64,000 bases of DNA, from contig OZ024756.1 of assembly GCA_964016885.1 (NCBI GenBank), positions 36,642,001 through 36,706,000 of the forward strand, given 5' to 3'. Below, in pieces: positions 53,655 through 64,000 of this stretch; positions within the stretch are counted from its first letter, which is position 1, and each line of letters starts with the position of its first letter. The translations under genes and the position numbers were made by a program. The notes under the pieces were generated by a model. It searched no databases. It saw nothing but the letters and a program-made list of their open reading frames with translations, and had not been told where the DNA came from. Source of the stretch: Eledone cirrhosa (lineage: Eukaryota).

Positions 53655-56325
53655 TGTGTGTGAAGATAAACAAACAGACATGAAGCTGCATTAACATATA
53701 TATTTGTACATACACAGAAATAAACATAAACAACTATAGTGATAGTTCCTGCTCGATGTAGTCTTAACGAAGCTAATTTCTTGCAGGGAAAGAAACGAAG
53801 TGAAGTAAGAAAGATCTATAGAGGAATAGTTACCCTAGAATTGGGTTAGTAATTTTTTATTGGCTTCGAAAGAAAGACAAACTTCATCGCGACAGGATTT
53901 AAAGTCAACAATCTCTCTACATCTCTTTACCAGACACTAAGTATAGAGTTTACCGGGAGAGGTTTAACAAAGAGATACTTCCATAATGGGAGAAATCACT
54001 GTTGTCTCCCTTTTTGTAAATTGGGATTATCACTCCCGATTGCCATTGTTAGGCGCTTTTCCAGAGATCCAGGTCACTCAGCTTACACGAGTCAGCCGGA
54101 GAATATACCTTCTCTATTTAAGACTTTTCACTCTTACTTTTATTTATTTACCCGAAAATATAATGAAACGTAAAAAACATAAAGAAACGCAAAGAATCTC
54201 ACCTATATCTTCTTTGTTTACCACATCTTTGCAGGTATATTGCAGGGGTCGGCAAAGTGCTCCCAAAACGACAAAGTTCAGAAGTAAACCCGATATAAGG
54301 AGTAAGGTACTGCTCAGTCCATAAAACCGTAAGAGATAATCATAAATCAAGCTTCCCAGCATTATCCCACACCCTCCTCCACAATGGACCAGTCCTATGA
54401 CCAATGCACGCTTCTTATTAAAGTAGGATCCAGTTATAATCAGAAAGGTAAAATAGGTCATTCCAAGAGACACACCTGCAAAATAATGAAAAAAATTTCA
54501 AATTTTCAAATTCAGTTTTAGAAAATATTATTAGAATATTACTTGTGACATTATGACCTATAAGTTAAGATAAAAAGGGTTGTATTGTGAGCAAGATGTG
54601 ACCCTAGAGCCCTTGCTTTACCTTCCTTTTCCGTTTTCATAACTTATCCTAATCTGCAATGATGACATGATATTAAATATTAAAGTCTTTACTGTAATAC
54701 TGCATATTTCTACACAGATCTATCCATTTATACATTGGTTCTGCCTGATTCAATTATCATAGCATTGAGATAAAATAAATGAATAAAACATTATACAAAA
54801 TAACTTATGACATAAAATGTGTCTAAGATGTTAAATGTATAAAATTATGACATAAACTAGTGATATAAAATGATGTAAATATATATTACAGATGAGATAT
54901 CTTACCTGAAATGAGGCCATATGTTACTATCATCATATCACTACTGGTAGAAAATACTCCTAAAATGGCTCCTGTGAATCCAATAAGTCCTGATAATATC
55001 AACACTGTCCTATGACTAAAGTAAGCCAACAAAATACTGGCAACTGGAGCTGAAGATATAATATGATAAAGAATAATAAGTATAGTCGTGTGGATAGGAT
55101 GACATGGTTTGGTTTACGGCATGAAATGGAGACTGCAATATATGTTTCGAACAGGTCTCTCCACCCAAGACCTGGAAGCCTCCCTTGTTAACCCACGTGA
55201 AGCACGGTGATTTTTTTTTCTTTTCTTTACCATATTGCAGTTTCTATAGTTTTATTCACGTCAGTCACCAATTTGGTACTTTGTCAACCCGCGAAGACTG
55301 GGCTTATTTAGAGGCGGCCTTTACTTGCCTCATCGCAGCTACGTTCCTGGGTTGTGAGATATTGTAAGACAGGATAGTTTGTTTGGAACGAAGAAAAACA
55401 AAATGTATCTAAATATGTTATTAAATATGCTTGGCGGGCACGCAAGACGAAGAACATGTTTTTTCCTGTAGCATATCACTTGAACGGAAACTCATCCGAA
55501 GAAATCCCACCCCTACCAGCAACAAATGCATCTTGGATTGCATAAGGGCCGCCATACAAATAATTATAATCAATAAACGCTTTATGTAAACAGCATCTTT
55601 CTTGTAAATGTTATTCTTATATATAAGAAGCTTTCGTCATATTTTTTGACTAAAGAAAATTTAGAACCCCTCTAAAAATTGTAAGAGATGAGTATCGACG
55701 TACATGGGAGTTGAACCCACATCTCTGGTTATCCAAACCACTGTTCTACAATTAAACCAACACATAACCCATCCATCTCCTTCCAATCAAATTATAAGCT
55801 CCATTCTGAGCAAGTATAATGATAATTAAGTATTTATGAAACAGCAAGCGAGTTTGAATGTACGTCAATACTCATTTTTTGCCATTTCTTAGAGGGCTCT
55901 AAACTCCACTATCAGGCTAAAATACTCCCTTTCTCTATAAGCATGAAGGTGTTGACCCAGTTGACCCAGTTAACCCAGTGACCCAGCCCAGCATTTAATT
56001 GTTCCAATTAATGAAATCTGTAAAAAGAAAATAAGTAAAAATTACAAAGGTAAAAACGTGAAAATTTACCTGCAAGTAAATTAAGTCCTTTTATCAGAGC
56101 TCCAACTAAGGACAGTTTCCCCACGGATTCCTCATAAAAGATTCTTTTGAGGCTAACGAGAAATATTCCTATAGAACTCGTTAAACCAATAACAATAAAA
56201 TAGGCACAGGCTGCAGCAAAACATACCACCCATCCCCAACCTCCATCTGGTATCACTGGTTCTTTTTGGTGGCAATTTTTCCCATCTTTAACAATTGTTT
56301 CTTGTTTTGTCGATTGAGAGGGCAT
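53293..56325 (-). CDS. SLC16-like copy F (TM1-6; predicted 276 aa). Exons 56325-56070, 55049-54906, 54475-54203, 53510-53377, 53316-53293
   Basis: Same exon sizes and phases as copies A and C; open frame; intact splice sites. Confidence 0.8.
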
Positions 56326-56729
56326 GTTGGGAAGGTATTTTACTGAAAATATTTGAGAAAACAACAAAAACAAAAGAAAACATTATTTTGTGGTGGATTG
56401 GCAAAATCAGTAGAACGTCGGACAACATGCTTAGTGGCATAGAGTTATGGCCTATTAAGTTCTTCTAGATATACATACATTTATATGTATGAGTATATAA
56501 CTATAATCGCACAAACACAGACACACAAAAATACACTCACGAACATACATTCACACAAATACACATATTTTCACACAAACACATACATTCCCACAAACAC
56601 ATACATAGATTCACACAAATATATATATCTTCACACAAAGACATACATACATTCACACAAATATACATACTTTCACACAAACACATACATTCCCACAAAC
56701 TGATTTTTTTCTTCTAATATATAAGGAAC

Positions 56730-57240
56730 AATTTCCACAATCATTCTTGTTACCCTTTCCCTTGTACAAGACCACCATTATTGCATCTCTCCAGTCCTCG
56801 GGTACGGATTCACTAGCCCATATCCTGCCTAACAAAGAGTGAAGATGTTGCAGCACTCTCTCACCACCATATTGTAAGAGCTCTGCATGTATGCCATCCA
56901 TACCTGAAAACCTTCCACTGTTCAGCTTCGAGATAGCTACTGCAACCTCCACAACCGTCGGTGGTTCTGCGAGAGTTACTTTCACAGGTTTTTTAGGAAT
57001 CTTCATTGACGACAGACGGCTGATTCAAAAGTTCATCAAAGTGCTCTCGCCACCTTGTGACAGAACACGCCTCTTATCAGCCAACAAGTCATCTTTCTGT
57101 TCATCATTTTCATTAGACCAGTTTTGATGCTTTCTCTGCACCAATCCTAGAACATGCCTACCTACATCATAACCCGACTTTTTAAGGGTCGGCCAATCCT
57201 CACAAAGATCTGCAACATGCATCTCTTCTCGCAATGTCTC
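56730..57240 (-). mobile_element. RTE LINE fragment, internally deleted version of 5953-6720
   Basis: GMDGIHAELLQYGG, VPEDWRDA and RKHQNWSNEND motifs. Confidence 0.85.
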
Positions 57241-57366
57241 CTCTTCACATTTTTATCTCTAAGATGAGCAGCATTCTATCTCCTGGGCAGGGTAACACCA
57301 GGAGCCCCGATTTTACGTTTAGTGATTAGTTTTACTTTTGCGCGTACCAAGTGGTGGTCCGTCCAG

Positions 57367-57397
<31 letters not shown>

Positions 57398-57464
57398 AAG
57401 GTTTAGTAAATAATGAAAAAGTTTCAAAATAAATTTTAAAAAATTGACTTTACCTACTATAGTT

Positions 57465-57548
57465 ACCTTTACCGATCGGTTTCGAATCCCAAAAATAAAA
57501 CGGAGACCATACGGCCTTCGTTGCAAAGAGAGATTCTCGTCAGAAGGT
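57465..57548 (-). ncRNA. Type I hammerhead ribozyme, intact core
   Basis: accuu CUGACGA gaaucuc...gggauuc GAAA cc-gauc-gg UA aaggu; predicted cleavage after GUA, between 57470 and 57469. Confidence 0.82.
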
Positions 57549-57947
57549 TCTTTTCATTCAAAGAATATAAAATTCCTGAATTTAAATCACAAACTAGCGC
57601 TATCAAAAACTGTTCCTGGGATGAGAGTGGATGATGTAGAACAGGTTTATCAAGGGCCGTAGCAAAGATAGAGGCAAAAGGAGGTAGGTCAAACTAGCCA
57701 CCGCTGTTACCAGCAGCAGTCGGAATGACCTGGTTTGTTCTCAACGTTAGTGGAGGTAGTAGTAATATGAAATACGTCCCTTCACGCACAAGGCGCCAAG
57801 GTACGCATGTATTGTCCAACCAAGTGCCAATGTGGTTCAATGGCGGGTTAATAAATTAACGAGCCAGAACAAATATAAACAAAGTTTAGTAAATAATGAA
57901 AAAGTTTCAAAATAAATTTTAAAAAATTGACTTTACCTACTATAGTT

Positions 57948-58031
57948 ACCTTTACCGATCGGTTTCGAATCCCCAAAATAAAACGGAGACCATACGGCCT
58001 TCGTTGCAAAGAGAGATTCTCGTCAGAAGGT
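57948..58031 (-). ncRNA. Type I hammerhead ribozyme, intact core (second unit)
   Basis: Same motif 483 nt upstream on the minus strand. Confidence 0.82.
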
Positions 58032-58338
58032 TCTTTTCATTCAAAGAATATAAAATTCCTGAATTTAAATCACAAACTAGCGCTATCAAAAACTGTTCCT
58101 GGGATGAGAGTGGATGATGTAGAACAGGTTTATCAAGGGTCGTAGCAAAGATAGAGGCAAAAGGAGGTAGGTCAAACTAGCTACCGCTGTTACCAGCAGC
58201 AGTCGGTATGACCTGGTTTGTTCTCAACGTTAGTGGAGGTAGTAGTAATATGAAATACGTCCCTTCACGCAATATATATATATATATATATATATATACT
58301 GGACGGACCACCACTTGGTACGCGCAAAAGTAAAACTA

Positions 58339-58399
<61 letters not shown>

Positions 58400-59480
58400 T
58401 CGTAACTTACAATTATCCAAAGCAAGAATAATTTTAGCCATACGTACTCAATATATATAATTCAACATTTGTCAATTTTGAGCTCTTAGCGTTTCTTAGT
58501 TTTGAAGCTACTGAAAGTTTTGTAATGGAAACATTATGGCTGTTACTGTACATGCACATGAAATTATGTTTTCACACGAATTTAACTCATGTTATTGAGA
58601 ATGTACTTTATTCGTCTCCAGGATGAAGCAGTGGAACTTGGTCAAGGAGGAAGTGCAGGTGACAAGTCAGAGAAGTTGTCACGAACCTTTCTCAAGGTTT
58701 TACACTCTTAGGGATGGCCTCTGCTTCTGCCATGACGTACCTGGACTGTTTGACGTTATTGAGTGCCGTTTGAGCCCAAGGATTGGATGCCGTTTGTGCC
58801 CTGTGGATTTAATTATATGAACTGATAAACTTTTAAAAAATGTGTTTTTTCTTGAAAAATATGAAAATTTCGAAATATCAAACTCCTGACGACAAACCCA
58901 AACTTCTGATTAAATAATAGTGTTTTTTTTTATAATAATGGGATATAACAAACCAGTAAATGACTCTTAGAACCGGGGAACAAAAAATATATAGAAGAGG
59001 AAGAAAAATTATTAGTTTTTACATACATATTTAGAGAGGAGAGTTCATGTCTCTGTCGGTGTTTGTCCTTCGTTATTAGTTGACTGACTGAAATAGTAGT
59101 TTTAATTTTTGGGGGTTTTGACTGGTAGTAGTAGGGGGAGACGGAGAAGTGATGTGGGGGAGCAGAAGAAGGATAGAGGTGTAGTAGCAATCTTTCAATG
59201 ATGGCTACACAGGCGAGATGGGATTGGTTTGAATGGTTGAGTGACTTTAGATTTGAACAGGAAGGTGATTGATTCAAGTTATTTTTAGAAACAAATCTAA
59301 TAGCAGGTTTAACAAGTTGAAAATTAGATCGTAAATTATTTAATAAAATACACTAGATATAAAACAATGACAATTTAGTTTATAACCAAATTGAACTCTA
59401 CCAGGCTCCTCTCTAACATATCATAAAATAATTTCTTATTACTATTCGAAAAACCTGAAAAGATAGTGTGGGCGTAATTC

Positions 59481-59738
59481 TATCCTGGCAATTTGTGGAA
59501 GTAAGGGGTAGCTGAACCTGCCAGTAGAAGAAAGAGGGAGAGGGGGTGGAGGAAGCCCAGTCGTGCGTTTACTTATTGTTTCGCCTTCCTCCCCCTCTTC
59601 CTCCCTAGTATACTTGCTTGATCACCTGCCCTGCTGTAGTTGGCACTATCAACGCACGACTGGGTTTCCTCCACCCCCTCTCCCTCTTTCTTCTACTGGC
59701 AGGTTCAGCTACCCCTTACTCCCACAAATTGCCAGGAT
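59481..59738. mobile_element. MITE-like element with ~88-bp inverted arms
   Basis: atcctggcaatttgtgg...cccagtcgtgcgtt versus aacgcacgactggg...ccacaaattgccaggat. Confidence 0.7.
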
Positions 59739-59932
59739 TAAAATTCTCATTTAGTCCAGAATTAGCCGTCGAAATGGCTTGAGCTCAGCCGTCGTGGTCC
59801 TACTCTTTCCTATTACCCACTCTACTACCCTAAGTATTGAGTACTTTGGTGCGTTATGGTCCACCCGTTTCCTTACCCCATTTCCTTAGTTATATATAAT
59901 ATATATATATATATAAATATATATATGATAAT

Positions 59933-60163
59933 AATGCGTCGGGTCCTAATGAGCATCACACGTGTCTGAAAGGGGGGTCGTGCAGTAAGGGATACCCCAA
60001 AAAAATTGTTGACAGGCGGAGACGGCCTGAGAACGGTGGCTTCACCACAACAGTAAAGGGAGGTCAAGTAGACAATAGAGGGGTGGTCCCTTACTGCCCG
60101 CTTCTCTTGAACATGTTCAACGCCTACATCAACGTTTGGTTTTGCAACTCCATCAAGTCGATA
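59933..60163 (+). mobile_element. Helitron Rep-domain fragment (not in the ORF track)
   Basis: Manual translation: CLKGGSCSKGYPK...RRRRPENGG...VDNRGVVPYCPLLLNMFNAYINVWFCNSIKSI, matching the Helitron motif DNRWVVPYNP.L...FNAHINVE.C.S..SIKY. Confidence 0.75.
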
Positions 60164-62084
60164 CCAGAAAAAAGTTCCTTACTTCCCAAACCAAAAAGAA
60201 GTCAATGACTTGGTCAGGGATATGGGTCTGACCAAGTCCAATGCAGAGCTATTCGTCTCCAGGATGAAGCAGTGGAACTTGGTCAAGGAGGAAGTGCAGG
60301 TGACAAGTCAGAGAAGTCGTCACGAACCTTTCTCAAGGTTTTACACTCTTAGGGATGGCCTCTGCTTCTGCCATGACGTACCTGGACTGTTTGACGTTAT
60401 TGAGTGCCGTTTGAGCCCAAGGATTGGATGCCGTTTGTGCCCTGTTGATTTAATTATATGAACTGATAAACTTTTAAAAAATGTGTTTTTTCTTGAAAAA
60501 TATGAAAATTTCGAAATATCAAACTCCTGACCACAAACCCAAACTTCTGATTAAATAATAGTGTTTTTTTTTATAATAATGGGATATAACAAATCAGTAA
60601 ATGACTCTTAGAACCGGGGAACAAAAAATATATAGAAGAGGAAGAAAAATTATTAGTTTTTACATACATATTTAGAGAGGAGAGTTCATGTCTCTGTCGG
60701 TGTTTGTCCTTCGTTGTTAGTTGACTGACTGAAATAGTAGTTTTAATTTTTGGGGGTTTTGACTGGTAGTAGTAGGGGGAGACGGAGAAGTGATGTGGGG
60801 GAGCAGAAGAAGGATAGAGGTGTAGTAGCAATCTTTCAAAGATGGCTACACAGGCGAGATGGGATTGGTTTGAATGGTTGAGTGACTTTAGATTTGAACA
60901 GGAAGGTGATTGATTCAAGTTATTTTTAGAAACAAATCTAATAGAAGGTTTAACAAGTTGAAAATTAGATAATAAATTATTTAATAAAATACACTAGATA
61001 TAAAACAATGACAATTTAGTTTATAACCAAATTGAACCCTACCAGGCTCCTCTCTAACATATCATAAAATAATTTCTTATTACTATTCGGAAAACTTGAA
61101 AAGATAGTGTGGGTGGATCATGGCATCGATATTAAGGCCTGCATTCCGAGTGTTCTGTTGTATTCTTCGGAGACGTGGACAGTACATCGTAGACACCTTA
61201 ATTTGCTTGAACACTTTAATCAAAAATGTTTAAGACGAATCCCAAACATAAAATGGCAACACACAAATACTCGACTCACAAATCCTTATAGATGCTGGTT
61301 GCACGAGCATTGAATATACCATCATATCCTCTGAAATACGTTGGGTAGGCCATGTTGTACGCATGAATGAGGAAAGACTCCCAAAACAATTATTTTACAG
61401 ACAATTGCACGCTGGAAACGCCCTCAAATGAGGCAAAATGGGGAGATTTTACATAATGAAGGCTATACCCATTTTCACAAGAGAAGATATCTCTCACCCA
61501 CCCCAAAATGGGTTAGATATCTCCATGTCGGATGGGGAGATTTGACTGGTCTGAAGATATTACATGAATATTTATAAGTATTCATTCTCAAAGGTTTGGT
61601 GACCTTTAAGCTATAGTGACCTTTGGTGACCTTTATACTACAACGGGAGTTGCAACTACGAAGTCTTGCTTATGTCAGCATAAAGATAAAACTTACTTAA
61701 CTAATGTACTCTCACGAAATAATATTTAAATACTGAGAGTAAATATAATTGGAATAAATTAAATTATATACACACTCAAATAAATAATTAATTCAACACG
61801 TAAGGCTTTCTTAGAGAAATGATCACAACAAGATAATGACTGTTTAAAACCTAGTAAGATATCAACTTTGAAGCAACACCAGATTCCTCTTTACGTAACT
61901 TCAACTCTATCTTCTTATTCACAAGGTAACGTTAAGATAATCTAGATAATCTATAATCTATTTATTGATATATTGCTTCTTGATCACATAATGTTTATCC
62001 ATTTTATAACAAACTAACAGAGGCACCCGGCGTTGCCCGGGAATGAAGTTGTTCCTTATATATTAGAAGAAAAAATCAGTTTGT

Positions 62085-62550
62085 GGGAATGTATGTGTTT
62101 GTGTGAAAATATGTGTATTTGTGTAAATGTATGTATGTGTTTGTGTGAAAGTATGTGTATTTGTGTGAATGTATGTATGAGTTTGTGTGAAAGTATGTGT
62201 ATTTGTGTAAATGTATGTATGTGGTTGTGTGAAAGTATGTGTATTTGTGTAAATGTATGGATGTGGTTGTGTGAAAGTATGTGTATTTGTGTGAATGTAT
62301 GCATGTGGTTGTGGGAATGTATGTGTATTTGTGCGAATGTATGTATGTGTTTGTGTGAAAGTATGTGTATTTGTGTAAATGTATGGATGTGGTTGTGTGA
62401 AAGTATGTGTATTTGTGTGAATGTATGCATGTGGTCGTGGGAATGTATGTGTATTTGTGCGAATGTATGCATGTGGTTGTGTGAAAGTATGTGTATTTGT
62501 GTGAATGTATGTATGTGTTTGTGTGAAAGTATGTGTATTTGTGTGAATAT
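62085..62550. repeat. 32-bp TG-rich minisatellite upstream of the first coding exon (shorter arrays ~10125-10255, 35795-35925, 42545-42885)
   Basis: Unit tgtgtgaaagtatgtgtatttgtgtgaatgta; array length differs among gene copies. Confidence 0.88.
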
Positions 62551-62779
62551 ATGAATTTTGGTGTGTCTGTGTTTGTGCGATTATAGTTATATACCCATAC
62601 ATATAAATGTATGTATATCCAAAAGAACGTAAAAGGCGATAACTCTATGCCGCTAAGCATGTTGTCCAACGCTCTACTGATTTTACCAATCCACCGCCCT
62701 ACCTTCCACCACAAAATAATAACGTTTTCTTTTGTTTTTGTTGTTTTCTCAAATATTTTCAGTAAAATACCTTCCCAAC

Positions 62780-63035
62780 ATGCCCTCTCAATCGACAAAA
62801 CAAGAAAAAATTGTTAAAGATGTGAAAAATTACCACCAGAGGGAACCAGTGATACCAGATAGAGGTTGGGGGTGGGTGGTATGCTTTGCTGCAGCCTGTG
62901 CCTATTTTATTGTTGTTAGTTTAACGAGTTCTATAGGAATATTTCTCGTTAGCCTCAAAAGAATCTTTTATGAGGAATCCGTGGGGAAACTGTCCTTAGT
63001 TGGAGCTCTGATAAGTGGACTTAGTTTACTTGCAG
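62780..63035 (+). pseudogene. SLC16-like copy G: exon 1 (open, PDRGWG variant) with no downstream exon in the window
   Basis: 256-nt exon with intact donor; intron 1 switches to an unrelated block at ~63323. Confidence 0.7.
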
Positions 63036-64000
63036 GTAAAGTTTCATGTTTTTACCTTTGTAATTTTTACTTATTTTCTTTTTACTGATGTCATTCATTG
63101 GAACAATTAAATGCTGGGCTGAAACCCACTGGGTCACTGGGTTAACTAGGTCAACTGGGTCAACTGAGTCAACTGAGTCAACACCTTCATGATTATATAT
63201 AGAGAGAGTATTTTAGCCTGATAGTGGGGTTTAGAGCCCTCTAAGAAATGGCAAAAGATGATTGACGTACATTCAAACTAGCTTGCTGTTTCATAAATAC
63301 TTATTTGTCATTATACTTGATCATATATATTCTCACACACGCAGACACACACACACCAAGTGTCATATGTTCTTATGTCAAGACCCTTCATTACTAACAA
63401 GGGAGGTAATACAGTACCTTAAGTACAATACATTCTCATGTTGAGAGTCGTTAATATTGACAGGGGAGGTAATACAGTAACTAAGTAGGGTTTCTCATAT
63501 CTAGTCTTCAATATTGACAAGGGAGGTAATACAGTACCTTAATTATGGTTATCTCATGTCGAGTCTTCAATACTGACAAGGGAAGTAATACAGTACCTTA
63601 AGTTCGATACATTCTCATACCTAGAGTCTTCAACATTGACAAGGGAGGTAATACAGAGTCTTCTAACATTGTCAACGTTCTTTCAATACAATAATAAATC
63701 TATAAGAAACACTTATAAATCTCCCAATATATAAAATAATAAATAATTAAACATTAATCTACGGTATTTTCTATTAATTTTATGGCAAACTTTCAGCAAC
63801 AGATAATAAAGATGTCAAAGACGAATATATTACTAGACATGAAAAATGCGCAAGCTCAAAAGTGCCACAGAATGTTATAATAAACCTTCAAAAGTGTGGG
63901 ACTAGAGTTGTTGCTAAAAAATATTGTAATCATTATATATCGTACATTCTGTGGCATCCTTTATAAAAATAGCTTAAACCAACGAAGCCTTTATTTTTAC

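Larger units (their letters stand above)
57390..58271 (-). mobile_element. Partial tandem repeat (483-bp unit, ~1.8 copies) with one hammerhead per unit, flanked by (TA)n; retrozyme or PLE-pLTR-like
   Basis: 57390-57789 is repeated at 57873-58271; no recognisable protein. Confidence 0.75.

Noticed and set aside
57444-57662. 72-aa ORF duplicated at 57927-58145
   Set aside because: It has a non-ATG start and no recognisable motif, lies antisense to the hammerhead, and is duplicated only because the repeat is.

Overview
AT-rich, microsatellite-dense, intron-containing animal DNA. The SINE families resemble those I recall from Octopus, which is an inference. The window is a mosaic of tandem and inverted segmental duplications (repeat unit roughly 24-30 kb) carrying an array of SLC16/monocarboxylate-transporter-like (MFS) genes. 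Three minus-strand copies splice into intact ~276-aa ORFs that cover only TM1-6. Six plus-strand copies are broken or truncated. Two pairs of orphan C-terminal-half exons are also present. Interspersed elements include RTE-type LINE fragments, a Penelope-like element with inverted pseudo-LTRs inserted in a (TA)n tract, Helitron PIF1 and Rep fragments, a DNA-transposon remnant, SINEs with target-site duplications, minisatellites and many fold-back hairpins. Reading the non-coding DNA by eye revealed several type I hammerhead ribozyme motifs. The best example is a 483-bp tandem repeat with one intact hammerhead per unit (57390-58271), which is a retrozyme or PLE-pLTR-like candidate circular-RNA element. 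All calls are by manual reading; no alignment, folding or database search was run.
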